From: an uncultured Bacilli bacterium
GTDB taxonomy: Bacteria > Bacillota_I > Bacilli_A > RF39 > UBA660
Assembly: GCA_934095845.1 (NCBI GenBank)
Contig: CAKOKS010000001.1
Coordinates: 89,060 to 153,059 of the forward strand
Direction of reading: 5' to 3'
Length of the DNA stretch: 64,000 nt
The notes below the pieces were generated by a model. It saw only the letters and a list, made by a program, of their open reading frames with translations. It was not told the origin of the DNA and did not search any database. Positions 19,626-30,088 of this stretch are shown here, in pieces; the stretch's first letter is position 1, and each line of letters starts with the position of its first letter. Made by a program: the position numbers and the translations under genes.

Positions 19626-20027
19626 ATGGATTATAAAAAATTAGTTGATTCTTTAACTCCTAAAGAAAATAAGTTAAAAAATATATTATATGCATTTATT
19701 TCTGGTGGAGTTATTGGAAGTATTTCAGAGATTCTTGTTAAGTGTTTTCAAGTAGAAAATATGTTAGTTATTTGGATTGTCATTGCTTCAATTTTAACTG
19801 GTGCTCATGTGTTTGATAACATTGTTGAAAAATTTAAAATGGGTGTAATTATTCCAATTACTGGTTTTTCACATTCAGTTACTGCTAGTGAATTAGAATA
19901 TAAAAGTGAAGGATTAATAACTGGTATTGGTTCTAATTATTTTAAGTTAGCTGGAAGTGTAATACTTTATGGAATATTATCAGCAAGTATTCTTGCTTTA
20001 TTGAAAGGACTAATATGGTTACTATAA
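19626..20027 (+). CDS. spoVAC: stage V sporulation protein AC
   Basis: Multi-TM protein of about 130 aa in the SpoVAC/SpoVAEB family, with PITGF and GIGSN motifs. First gene of a coupled triplet. Confidence 0.75.
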   Translation: MDYKKLVDSLTPKENKLKNILYAFISGGVIGSISEILVKCFQVENMLVIWIVIASILTGAHVFDNIVEKFKMGVIIPITGFSHSVTASELEYKSEGLITGIGSNYFKLAGSVILYGILSASILALLKGLIWLL

Positions 20028-20974
20028 AATATAATAATGTGTTTATAAATAATTGGTTTTCAGTATGTGGTGAAGATGAAGCGAATGGAAATATAAAAAA
20101 TGTTAATATGGTTTTAAAAGACTTGTATTACGGAGAAAAAACTTTAGAAGAAGCTGAAATAAAAATGCAAAAAACAGTTCTAAATAACTTATCAAGTATA
20201 AGTGATTTTAACTTGGTTATTGGAGGAAATTTATCTAATCAACTTGGTAGTATGAATGCAAGTTTAAAAAATACAGGTAAATCTTTTTTAGGAGTTTATA
20301 ATGCCTGTGCAAGTTTTGTTGAAGGTATGATTATTGGTGCTAATATGATTTCTTCTAATGAAATTGATAAAACTTGTGTTTTAACTAGTTCTCATGAATT
20401 AACGAGTGAAAGACAATTTAGATTTCCAATAGAATATGGATCTTTAAAAGCAAATTACACAACTATAACAGCAACAGGAAGTGTAGGTGTAATTATTTCA
20501 AATGATAAAACAAAATGTAAAATAGTTTCTTCAACTATTGGCTCAGTTGTAGACTACTCAATAACTGATGTTAATAACATGGGAGCTATAATGGCTCCTG
20601 CTGCTATGAATACAATTATTAATCATTTAAAAAATATGAATAAAAACATCAATGATTATGACATTATATTAACTGGAGATTTAGGTAAACTTGGGTTAGA
20701 AATATTAAAAACGATTCTTTATAAAGAATATAATTTAAAAACTAATAAACTTACAGATGCTGGTTCTATTTTATATAAGGATGAACAAAACAAGTATCAA
20801 GGCGGAAGTGGACCAGTTGTTTTACCATTAGTCTTATTTAATAAAATTTTATTAAGCAAAAAATATAAACATATTCTTATTGTTGGAACTGGAGCATTAC
20901 ATAATACAACTTTAGTTAATCAAAAGAAATCTATTCCAGCAATAGCTCATGCTATAGAAATAGAGGTGCAATAA
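20015..20974 (+). CDS. spoVAD: stage V sporulation protein AD
   Basis: 319-aa thiolase-like fold protein located between spoVAC and spoVAEB. Start overlaps the upstream gene. Confidence 0.75.
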   Translation: MVTIKYNNVFINNWFSVCGEDEANGNIKNVNMVLKDLYYGEKTLEEAEIKMQKTVLNNLSSISDFNLVIGGNLSNQLGSMNASLKNTGKSFLGVYNACASFVEGMIIGANMISSNEIDKTCVLTSSHELTSERQFRFPIEYGSLKANYTTITATGSVGVIISNDKTKCKIVSSTIGSVVDYSITDVNNMGAIMAPAAMNTIINHLKNMNKNINDYDIILTGDLGKLGLEILKTILYKEYNLKTNKLTDAGSILYKDEQNKYQGGSGPVVLPLVLFNKILLSKKYKHILIVGTGALHNTTLVNQKKSIPAIAHAIEIEVQ

Positions 20975-21297
20975 TGATTATAAAATCATTTATATTTACA
21001 GGAATTGTATGTGCAATAGCTCAAATAATTAAAGATAATACTAAACTTACAAATGGTCATATTACTAGTATCTTTGTAAGTGTTGGAGCGCTTTTAGGAT
21101 TCTTTAATATATATGATAAACTTGTATCATTTTTTGGAGGAGGTGCAAGTGTAGTTATTATGTCATTTGGTAATACTCTTTATAAAGGAGCAATTGAAAA
21201 AGGTATTTTAAATATGCTTGGAAATGTTTCAACTGGAATTGTTGCGTCTATTTTAATTGCTACTATTGTAACTTTTATTTTTAAAGTAAAAGACTAG
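20974..21297 (+). CDS. spoVAEB: stage V sporulation protein AEB
   Basis: 107-aa membrane paralog of SpoVAC. Start overlaps the upstream stop. Confidence 0.7.
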   Translation: MIIKSFIFTGIVCAIAQIIKDNTKLTNGHITSIFVSVGALLGFFNIYDKLVSFFGGGASVVIMSFGNTLYKGAIEKGILNMLGNVSTGIVASILIATIVTFIFKVKD

Positions 21298-21347
21298 CAT
21301 ATTGTTAAAAATGCTTTTTTTTTATATAATTATTATAGGTGAGGCAT

Positions 21348-22547
21348 ATGAAAAATAAACTATTTGTACTTATTTTAACTATTGTAATAGTTTTATTAAT
21401 AAGTATTCCTTTACTATTTATAAAAAGTAAGAGTTTAAAAAACTATACTGAAGATGTTGAAAAAACGATAGTTATTAACAATAAAAACATAAATATTTTA
21501 TATAAAGATGGAAATATGATAGATGTATCTTTAACTTATGGAAATACATTAGAAAAAATAATTGAATTAAGAAATGAAAATGATGAAGATGAAGTTGTTT
21601 CTATTAATCTTAAAGATTTAAAAGTAAGTAACGAAATTTCTACTTATAAAATATATTATTCAATTAATGGAGAAGAATTTAAAGTATTAAAAGATGAACA
21701 AAAATTAACAGATAAATTAGTATATAATTTAGTTAATTATAAAAATTCAGGAATGACTTTAAAAATTATTTTTAAAGGTTTGTCTGAAGAAAGTGATACA
21801 CATATTTCAGGTGAATTAAGTGTTGATAATAATTTAAGTAAGAAAGATATATTTTTAAATAAGTTAGTCGATGTCCATAATAAAATAACTGAGAAAATTA
21901 AATCTTTAAATGGTATAAATGAATCAGGAATATATTACTTAAAAGTAAGCGAAGAAGATATTAATGGGTATGCTTTAATTGATGCTCAAAATATAAGTGA
22001 AATTAAATATATTTATTCTCTTTATAATGAAAATTACATGATTTTAAATTATAAATATAAAGGTTCTTTTAGCAAAAAAGAGGTTAAAGAAAATGATTCA
22101 AGTATTAATAATTTGAATGAAGCAGATATATGTAAATTATATAGTAAAAAAAGTTGTAATGATTTTTCTTCTTTAAATTATTCTTCAGTAGGTAAAAATG
22201 ATTTTTATCAAGAGACTTTGCATGTTATAGAAGAAGTAAAAAATAGAACTTATGATAAAAATGTATTTATAATAGATGTTGCAAATGATTTAAACAGTCA
22301 AAATATTAGAGGCTATGTTTTAGTTAATAATATAGATGGAAATAATGAAATATATTTATATTTAACAAATGATTTATTTATGATATCTGGATATAATTTA
22401 ACTAAACTTGGTAATTTTGATGAAAATTCAACAACTATAAGGGCATATAATGAAAGTGCATTTAATTTATCTAGTAAAGATATGAGAACAGTTTGTTCAT
22501 TTAGTGGCTTTAATCAATGTTTCAATTTACAAAACGAATTAGTATAA
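21348..22547 (+). CDS. hypothetical membrane-anchored protein
   Basis: ATG at 21348 lies after AGGTGAGG. Single N-terminal TM. No recognisable domain. Confidence 0.5.
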   Translation: MKNKLFVLILTIVIVLLISIPLLFIKSKSLKNYTEDVEKTIVINNKNINILYKDGNMIDVSLTYGNTLEKIIELRNENDEDEVVSINLKDLKVSNEISTYKIYYSINGEEFKVLKDEQKLTDKLVYNLVNYKNSGMTLKIIFKGLSEESDTHISGELSVDNNLSKKDIFLNKLVDVHNKITEKIKSLNGINESGIYYLKVSEEDINGYALIDAQNISEIKYIYSLYNENYMILNYKYKGSFSKKEVKENDSSINNLNEADICKLYSKKSCNDFSSLNYSSVGKNDFYQETLHVIEEVKNRTYDKNVFIIDVANDLNSQNIRGYVLVNNIDGNNEIYLYLTNDLFMISGYNLTKLGNFDENSTTIRAYNESAFNLSSKDMRTVCSFSGFNQCFNLQNELV

Positions 22548-22615
22548 AGTTCCTTTATACTTTTTTTTTTTATTTTTTATTGATATAATGATGAATAGAT
22601 AATAAGGGTGATAAA

Positions 22616-23497
22616 ATGAGAAAAGTCGAGAATTTTATATTTGTGTTATTTTCAATTGTAGCAAGTTTTATTTGCTTATATAACATATATAATGATGAAG
22701 AGAAAATTAAAAGTGATGTAATAGACTCAATAAATAAAAATATATCTTTAATTTCTGAATATGCTAGAAATTTAAGTATTAACTTTGATAAATCAGGAAC
22801 AGTTAAATTAAATGCTCTTTATAAAGGAGCTCATGGAGAAAGTAATCCAAATGAATTTAATTATAATTTTAAAATGGATAATGGAATTATTACTCTTGAA
22901 AATGAACAAGGGTTTGTTAACTATGATTTATCTAAAATTTATAATTTAGTTAATACTTTTTCAAGTATTAAAAGTTTTGCCAAAGAACTTATAGTTGATA
23001 AAAATGTAAAATATAGTAAAACTACTTATAAAGTTGATCAATACTTAATCAATGAAATATATAATACTAACTTTTCAGAAGTTTTAATAGAAGTAAATAC
23101 AACTGGTTTTATAAAAAAAGTAAAAGAATATGTAATTGTTTTAGATGATTATAAAATATCAACTAGAAAAAATAAAATAGTTATTCAAGGAAAAGATAAC
23201 AAAATAACTTTAACGACTTCTAATAAAGGATATTCACTTAATATAAATAATAAATTAAAAGTAAATGTAATAGATTTCTATCAATATAATATATTCATAA
23301 ACGGAACATCTTTATTTATGGAGTTAACTGATAATAATTTTTATTTAAATGCTCTTACTACTCATGCTATTTATAATGCTTTAGAAATAACTGGAACTTA
23401 TGATAATGTTTCAATTAGTAAAACTCAAGAAGCTAAAAAAGAAGAAAATCCAATAAATAGATACTTTAATGAAGTGGATTTTGGTATTTGGGAGTAA
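22616..23497 (+). CDS. hypothetical membrane-anchored protein
   Basis: RBS AAGGGTGA. Single N-terminal TM. Confidence 0.5.
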   Translation: MRKVENFIFVLFSIVASFICLYNIYNDEEKIKSDVIDSINKNISLISEYARNLSINFDKSGTVKLNALYKGAHGESNPNEFNYNFKMDNGIITLENEQGFVNYDLSKIYNLVNTFSSIKSFAKELIVDKNVKYSKTTYKVDQYLINEIYNTNFSEVLIEVNTTGFIKKVKEYVIVLDDYKISTRKNKIVIQGKDNKITLTTSNKGYSLNINNKLKVNVIDFYQYNIFINGTSLFMELTDNNFYLNALTTHAIYNALEITGTYDNVSISKTQEAKKEENPINRYFNEVDFGIWE

Positions 23498-23499
23498 AT

Positions 23500-25398
23500 A
23501 TGAGAAAAATAACTTACGTAACTTTAATAATTATTTTATTAATAGGTGTAGTTTTAGTTTATGGAATAAATGAAACAAGAAAAATAAGTGAATATTTTAA
23601 TGTAAAAAGTGAAAGTGCAATTATAGATCAAGTTCAAAGTCAAAAAGAAATTAATCGAGAATTAGCGAGTATTTCTAATGATAAGAAATATACAATCGAT
23701 AACCCTTATATAAAATTAAATCCTTATTCTATAAGTCCACTTTCAGCTATAATTATTTTTAAAACTGAAGAAGATATAGATGTAGATGTTTATATAAATG
23801 GTGAATATTTTACTAAAATGGAGAGTAGTAAAAAACATGTAATTCCAATTTATGGATTATATGATGATTATGATAATGTTATAACTTTAAAAACTTCTGA
23901 TAAAGAATATTCTTATAATATCAAAACTTTAAAATCTAATATGGAATATCCTTTAGAAATACTTGAAAATAAGAGTGGTGTAAATAAAAATGATATTATT
24001 TTTACAGTAGCATCATATAAAACATATTTAACTGGATGGGATAAAGAAGGAAAACTTAGATTTTATTTAACTGTTGATAATAGAATGGATGTTGAATGGC
24101 TTGATAATGGACATTTTATTATTGGTACATCTGAAGGTCAATTTAGAGAAAATTTTGTTGGTTTAGTAGAAATGGATTATCTTGGTAAAATATATAATTA
24201 TTATAATTTAGAGCACGGAAATGGATTTGAATTGCAAGTTTTAGATAATGGTAATTATATGACAGCAGGTGGAGAAGAAGCAATTTATTTTAATTATCAA
24301 TATATTTATGAAATGAATCCTAAAGATGGAAGTGTTATATCATATTTGGATATATATGATGTTATAAAAAAAATAGATGAATCTTTTCCAGATGAGTATT
24401 TAGGTCCAAAGGCAATTAGAAATGGTTTCTATTATGATGAAAATACTGATACATTAGTCGTGTCTTTTAGAGAAATAAATACAATTTTTAATTTTAATTA
24501 TAAAGAAAAAAAATTAAATTATGTTTTTACTAGTGAAGATAATGACTTATTCTCTTCATCAATATGGGATAAATATCGAATTAAAGTAAATAAAGGAAGG
24601 TATCCGTTGGGTCAACATACTCCAACTATAACTAAAGATGGATATTTAGCATTTTTCAATAATGATTATGATAGATATGGAGTAGCTTTTAAAAACAAAA
24701 GTAATAACGTAGGAAGTTATAAAGATAATTATACTTCTGTTGAAATATATGATATTAAAGAGAATGTTGCTAATTTAGTTTGGAATTATGACTTTAATAA
24801 AAAATATTTTTCAATTAAGTATGGCTTATTTAATGTATTAGAAAATAATCATAAATTTATTGATTTAGGTTATATTTTAAAGGATGATTTTAGAAAAAAA
24901 GATGATAATTCTTTAGTAGAAGTAGAAAAAGATGTTAAAGATATTTATAGTTTAATTATCGAATTAGATGAAAATGATAATGTTATATTTAAAGCAAAAT
25001 CAGAAGAGGGCAAATATAGAGCATTTAATCATGATTTATATAATAAAGAGACAAAAAATGTTTCAGTAAAAGAACTTAATATAATCGATACAGTTAAAAA
25101 AGATAAGATTTCTGAAACATCTATTAAGAAACTTAATGTATCTGAATCTATGGAATGGATAAATACTTTTGAATTTACTAAACATACATTTACAACTGAC
25201 TATAAAATAAAAGAAAATGATGAGGTTAAGTTATATTTCTTAAATAGTAAAGGTAAAATATTTACATTTACTTATAAAAATAAAGATAATAATAAAATAA
25301 ATCGAGTATTTAATGTAGATTTAAAAAGTGGAAATTACCGATTATATATTTCTATAAACGATAATCTTTATGATACAAAAAAAGTATATAGTTTTTAG
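23500..25398 (+). CDS. hypothetical membrane-anchored protein, possibly beta-propeller (arylsulfotransferase-like?)
   Basis: ATG 2 nt after the previous stop, RBS GGGAG inside the upstream gene. N-terminal TM. Weak resemblance to ASST-type repeats (LDNGHFIIGTSEG, QHTPTITKDGYLAFFNND). Confidence 0.45.
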   Translation: MRKITYVTLIIILLIGVVLVYGINETRKISEYFNVKSESAIIDQVQSQKEINRELASISNDKKYTIDNPYIKLNPYSISPLSAIIIFKTEEDIDVDVYINGEYFTKMESSKKHVIPIYGLYDDYDNVITLKTSDKEYSYNIKTLKSNMEYPLEILENKSGVNKNDIIFTVASYKTYLTGWDKEGKLRFYLTVDNRMDVEWLDNGHFIIGTSEGQFRENFVGLVEMDYLGKIYNYYNLEHGNGFELQVLDNGNYMTAGGEEAIYFNYQYIYEMNPKDGSVISYLDIYDVIKKIDESFPDEYLGPKAIRNGFYYDENTDTLVVSFREINTIFNFNYKEKKLNYVFTSEDNDLFSSSIWDKYRIKVNKGRYPLGQHTPTITKDGYLAFFNNDYDRYGVAFKNKSNNVGSYKDNYTSVEIYDIKENVANLVWNYDFNKKYFSIKYGLFNVLENNHKFIDLGYILKDDFRKKDDNSLVEVEKDVKDIYSLIIELDENDNVIFKAKSEEGKYRAFNHDLYNKETKNVSVKELNIIDTVKKDKISETSIKKLNVSESMEWINTFEFTKHTFTTDYKIKENDEVKLYFLNSKGKIFTFTYKNKDNNKINRVFNVDLKSGNYRLYISINDNLYDTKKVYSF

Positions 25399-26142
25399 CT
25401 ATATACTTTTAAATTGACCATTTTTTATAATGCCTGGAGTTAAGTTTAATACTTTTGTTTCATTTACAGCTTCAGGTATTCCGTCATATAACTCATTTTC
25501 TTTGTGAGCATCACTTCCAAAAGTGATTTTTTTACCACCAAATTCAGAATATTTAGTTAATATATCTATACTTGGAAACATACTTCCACATCTTCTATAT
25601 CCACTTGTGTTAACTTCCAGTGTTAGTTTCTTTTCAATGATAATATTTAATATTTCATCAATTAGTTTTTCGTCTAGTTTTAAAGCAGTTCCATATTTTT
25701 TAATATAATCTAAATGAGCAACTGTATCAAATTCTCCATATTCAACCATTTTTAAAATACTTCTTAAATATTCATTGACACTGTCTTTATGAAACCTAAA
25801 AGACTCTCCATTTAAATGATGAATACTTCCAATAATGTATTCGATTAAATTTAGTTCTTTAAAAAATTTCATTGCTTCTTTATGTAAATGTGGTTCAGAT
25901 ACTTCAATACCTTTTATAATTGATATTGCATATCTTTCTTCTAAAGAGTTAATTTCTGCATTTCTTTTAACTAACTTATTAATTACAGTAATCAAAGATT
26001 CACAATCTAATTCTACATGGTCAGTTACAGCAATTACTTTTACTCCGTTTTCAATTTCTTTTTTTACAATATTTTCTAAAGGCATTTTACAGTCAAAAGA
26101 ATAATTTGAATGAATGTGCATGTCAGCAGTGTATTTTTTCAT
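25399..26142 (-). CDS. PHP-domain phosphoesterase (HisJ/YcdX-like)
   Basis: N-terminal MHIHSNYSFD...TDHVE metal-binding His/Asp pattern of the PHP family. Confidence 0.7.
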   Translation of the reverse strand: MKKYTADMHIHSNYSFDCKMPLENIVKKEIENGVKVIAVTDHVELDCESLITVINKLVKRNAEINSLEERYAISIIKGIEVSEPHLHKEAMKFFKELNLIEYIIGSIHHLNGESFRFHKDSVNEYLRSILKMVEYGEFDTVAHLDYIKKYGTALKLDEKLIDEILNIIIEKKLTLEVNTSGYRRCGSMFPSIDILTKYSEFGGKKITFGSDAHKENELYDGIPEAVNETKVLNLTPGIIKNGQFKSI

Positions 26143-26186
26143 AAGTTTTTTCCTTTCTTTATAAGTTTAGAATAAAAAAACAGCAA

Positions 26187-26357
26187 TTAAGCTGCATCCT
26201 TATTCAAAGTTTTCCACTCGCGTGTAGATAAAGTAACTTTAACACCATCAATTTTCTTTGTTTGTGTATTCAATTTTTGTTTTCTTCTAGAATGATTTAA
26301 TGCATGTGATCTAGAGTTTCCAAATAAAGGTTTTCTATCAGTTAATTTCTTTGCCAT
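26187..26357 (-). CDS. rpmB: 50S ribosomal protein L28 (not in ORF track, 56 aa)
   Basis: Manual translation gives MAKKLTDRKPLFGNSRSHALNHSRRKQKLNTQTKKIDGVKVTLSTREWKTLNKDAA, which has the bL28 signature. AGGAGGG lies upstream. Confidence 0.8.
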   Translation of the reverse strand: MAKKLTDRKPLFGNSRSHALNHSRRKQKLNTQTKKIDGVKVTLSTREWKTLNKDAA

Positions 26358-26529
26358 AGTTTTCCCTCCTTTAAAGAATTCTTTAAGATTATATCAAGAT
26401 AAATGACATAAGTCAACAAAAGAATAGGTAAAATCATTTGATTTTTGCTTAAAGTTTAAAATATATAGAAAAAACGTTTGATTTTTATTAAATAATTGAG
26501 GTAGGTATTGTATAATATCTATAGGTGAT

Positions 26530-29388
26530 ATGATGTTTGCAACATTAGGCGTAAAAACTGATTTTAGTTTACTTAAAAGTCTTATTAAAGTTGAAGACTA
26601 TGTTTCTTATGCCTTAAATAACAAACTTACTTGTATTGGTATTTTAGATGATAATCTATCTTGTTCACATCTTTTTTATACTCTTTGTAAAAAAAATAAT
26701 ATAAAACCTATTATTGGTTTAGATATAACTCTTGAAGAAGTAAATTTATATTTATATCCTAAAAACTACAATGGTCTTCTTAATTTGTTTAAAATCACTA
26801 GTTTAGATAATATTAGTTTAGAAAGTATTAAAGAATACTCTAAAGATATTATATGTGTTTTAAATTATGAAAATGTTAATATTTTTGAAAAAATGAATGA
26901 AATTTTTGAAGATGTTTTCTTATCATATAAAAATGAACATGAATATATGAATTTAAAATTAATTAGTAATAATTTAGTATATATAAATCCAACATTATGT
27001 TTAGATAATAAAATTTCTAAATATATAAATTATTTAGAATTAATTAAAAATAATAAAAAATTAGGAACTATATCTTTAAAAGATTATTCAACTTCAGTTA
27101 TAGAAATAAAAAATATTGACACTACTAATTTTACAGATTTAATTAATATAGAATATCCAGATCCAGTTAAACATATACCAGTTTTTATGGAAAATAGTTT
27201 TGAATATTTAAAAAATTTAACTATTAAAGGGTTAAGTAAAAGACTTAATAATGATGTTCCTGAAGTTTATAAAGAAAGACTTCTTTATGAATTAGATGTA
27301 ATAAATAAAATGGGATTCACTGATTATTTCTTGATTGTATTTGATTATGTTAGATTTGCCAAAAAAAGTGGAATTTTAATTGGTGCAGGAAGAGGAAGTG
27401 CAGCTGGTTCACTTGTATCATATTCTTTAGGTATAACAGAAATTGATCCAATAAAATATAATTTGCTTTTTGAAAGATTTTTAAATCCTGAAAGAGTTAC
27501 TATGCCAGATATAGATATTGATTTTGAATATACAAGAGTAAATGAAGTATTTAACTATGTAAAAGAAAAATATGGAGAAAAACGTGTTTCTAGAATTATT
27601 ACTTATGGAACTTTTCAAGCAAGAGAAGCAATAAGAACAATTGGAAATATAAATGATGTTAATGAAAAAAGTATTGCATCTCTTTTAAATCATATCGATA
27701 GTAAAAAATCATTAAGAGAAAATTTAAATAATGAAGTTAAAGATATTTTAAAAAGAAATTCAGTGTTAAAAAAAGTATATGAAGAAGCTCTTATTATTGA
27801 AGGGTTGAAAAAGAATACTAGCATTCATGCTGCCGGAGTAGTTATTTCAAGTATTGATTTAAATAATATTATTCCAGTTTATAAAAAAGAAGATTTTTTA
27901 ATTGCTGGTTACACGATGAATGAACTTGAAAGTTTAGGATTATTAAAAATGGATTTTCTTGCTTTAAGAAATTTAACAGTTATTTTAAATATAATAAATT
28001 CCATAGATAAAAAAATTGATATTAATAAATTACCTTTAGATGATGTAAAAGTTTATAGATTATTTTCTAATGCATCTACAGTTGGAATATTTCAGTTTGA
28101 GTCCTTTGGTATTAAAAGTTTCTTAAAAAAATATCAACCTAAAACATTTTCAGATTTAGTATTAACAATTGCTTTTTATAGACCAGGTCCAATGCAAAAT
28201 ATTGATTTACTTCTTTCTAGAAAAAATAAAAACACTAGATATGATATTATCAATGAAGATGTTAATAATATTTTAAAAGATACTTATGGAATAATTGTTT
28301 ATCAAGAGCAAATAATGGAAATACTAAAAGTAATGGCAAGTTATAGTTATGCTAAAGCTGATATAGTAAGAAGAGCAATTAGCAAAAAGAAACTTGATGA
28401 TATATTATCAGAAGAAAATGATTTTATTTTATCTTCTATAAAAAACGGTTATAGTGAAAAAACTGCTAAATTAGTTTTTGATTCAATAGTTAAATTTGCT
28501 TCTTTTGGTTTTAATAAATCACATTCAGTTGCTTATGCAATGATAGCTTATCAAATGGCTTATTTAAAAGTGCATTATCCTTATGAATTTTATGTTAGTC
28601 TTTTAAACACTAATATTGGTGGTGAAGTAAAATTAAAAGAATATATAAGTGAAGCTAAAGAAAATGGTATAGTTATTTTAAAACCAGATATTAATTTATC
28701 TACTAAAGAATATAAACTTGAAAAAGATGGGATTCGTTTACCTTTAAGATGTATAAAAGGATTAGGCATTCAATCAATTGATTTAATATTGTCTGAAAGA
28801 GAAAATGGTGAGTTTAAAAGTATATATGACTTTATGTCTAGATGTTATGGAAAAAATATTAATAAAAAAATATTAGAAACTCTTATTTATTCAGGTGTAT
28901 TTGATAATTTTTCTTATAATCGAAATACATTAATTAATAATATGAATTCAATGATTACTTATGCAGAACTTACACATGAAATAGATTCATCTTTGGTAAG
29001 TGAACCAGAAATGAAAATATATGATGAACTTGATGATGTTACTTTAATGAATAAAGAAATATCATTATTTGGTTTTTATTTATCAATGCATCCAGCAAGT
29101 AAATATCCAAATGTTTTTAAACAAATAAATATTAAATCTTATTTTGATAAAGTAATTGATACAGTTGTTTTAGTAGATAAAATAACTAAACTAAAAACTA
29201 AGAATAATGATGATATGGCATTCTTACTTGGAAGTGATGAAACTGCATCAAATGAATTTGTTTTATTTAAAACTGTATTTAATAAACTTGATAATATTAA
29301 AGCAGGGGATATGGTTAAAATTCGTGGAAGAGTAGAAAAAAGACTTGATAAATATCAAATAGTTGTAAGTAATATAGATAAACTCTAG
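26530..29388 (+). CDS. dnaE: DNA polymerase III alpha subunit, DnaE-type, with degenerate PHP domain
   Basis: Polymerase core motifs are present (GAGRGSAAGS, PDIDIDF). The N-terminal PHP histidines are replaced (MMFATLGVKTDFS instead of HLHVHSxxS). The start could be ATG 26533. Confidence 0.85.
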   Translation: MMFATLGVKTDFSLLKSLIKVEDYVSYALNNKLTCIGILDDNLSCSHLFYTLCKKNNIKPIIGLDITLEEVNLYLYPKNYNGLLNLFKITSLDNISLESIKEYSKDIICVLNYENVNIFEKMNEIFEDVFLSYKNEHEYMNLKLISNNLVYINPTLCLDNKISKYINYLELIKNNKKLGTISLKDYSTSVIEIKNIDTTNFTDLINIEYPDPVKHIPVFMENSFEYLKNLTIKGLSKRLNNDVPEVYKERLLYELDVINKMGFTDYFLIVFDYVRFAKKSGILIGAGRGSAAGSLVSYSLGITEIDPIKYNLLFERFLNPERVTMPDIDIDFEYTRVNEVFNYVKEKYGEKRVSRIITYGTFQAREAIRTIGNINDVNEKSIASLLNHIDSKKSLRENLNNEVKDILKRNSVLKKVYEEALIIEGLKKNTSIHAAGVVISSIDLNNIIPVYKKEDFLIAGYTMNELESLGLLKMDFLALRNLTVILNIINSIDKKIDINKLPLDDVKVYRLFSNASTVGIFQFESFGIKSFLKKYQPKTFSDLVLTIAFYRPGPMQNIDLLLSRKNKNTRYDIINEDVNNILKDTYGIIVYQEQIMEILKVMASYSYAKADIVRRAISKKKLDDILSEENDFILSSIKNGYSEKTAKLVFDSIVKFASFGFNKSHSVAYAMIAYQMAYLKVHYPYEFYVSLLNTNIGGEVKLKEYISEAKENGIVILKPDINLSTKEYKLEKDGIRLPLRCIKGLGIQSIDLILSERENGEFKSIYDFMSRCYGKNINKKILETLIYSGVFDNFSYNRNTLINNMNSMITYAELTHEIDSSLVSEPEMKIYDELDDVTLMNKEISLFGFYLSMHPASKYPNVFKQINIKSYFDKVIDTVVLVDKITKLKTKNNDDMAFLLGSDETASNEFVLFKTVFNKLDNIKAGDMVKIRGRVEKRLDKYQIVVSNIDKL

Positions 29389-29419
29389 ACTTTATAGTAT
29401 AATTAAGAAGGTGGTTTTT

Positions 29420-30070
29420 TTGAAAGATAAATCTAAACTTATAATGCTTATATCAATTATTATTTTTATAGTTGTTCTTATAATTTCATTTTCTTTAATT
29501 ACTTATTTTAATATAAAAAGAGAAAATAATAATAAAGAGAATAAGACAAGTGAAGTATCTCAAACAACAACTAGTACTGAACTAACAACTACTGAAGAAG
29601 TTATAACAACAACAGAAAAGGTTAATATAACAACTACTAAGATTAAAGAAACTATGAAAGCGACAACAAAAGAAAAAGAAACTACTGGGTTAACAACTGA
29701 ACTTGTAAATGATATAATAAATCCTAATTCTTTAGGTTCTTGGGACTTATTAATATATAATTTAATTAATGAAGAGAGAATAAGAAATGGGCTTAATACT
29801 TTAAGTGTTAGATCCTCATTATATAATTTAACTATATCAGCTGTTGATAAATGGCCAAGTATACATGATGAAGGATTAAAAGAATATTTAAATACTTACA
29901 ATTATTATGGATATCAAAGTAATATTTTAAGTAGTAGTAATGGTTATAAAGAAATTGCTTCAGAAGTATTTAAAAATACTGATGTTGAAACTAATGCTTA
30001 TTTAAATTATATTGGACTTTATACTAAAAAAATTGATAATAGATATTATTTTATAATTATGTACGAATAA
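29420..30070 (+). CDS. hypothetical membrane-anchored Thr-rich protein
   Basis: Probable TTG start after AAGAAGGTGG. TM followed by a T/E-rich linker. The start is uncertain. Confidence 0.45.
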   Translation: MKDKSKLIMLISIIIFIVVLIISFSLITYFNIKRENNNKENKTSEVSQTTTSTELTTTEEVITTTEKVNITTTKIKETMKATTKEKETTGLTTELVNDIINPNSLGSWDLLIYNLINEERIRNGLNTLSVRSSLYNLTISAVDKWPSIHDEGLKEYLNTYNYYGYQSNILSSSNGYKEIASEVFKNTDVETNAYLNYIGLYTKKIDNRYYFIIMYE

Positions 30071-30088
30071 ATTAGAGGAGATGATTAT

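Noticed and set aside
22563-22574. T11 homopolymer upstream of ORF 22616 as a second phase-variable tract.
   Set aside because: Long A/T runs are common background in this roughly 27% GC sequence, so they are not statistically remarkable in the way the G8 is.
23500-25398. Calling the 636-aa protein an arylsulfotransferase.
   Set aside because: The resemblance rests on a few loosely similar repeat segments, which is insufficient. It is kept as hypothetical with a low-confidence note.
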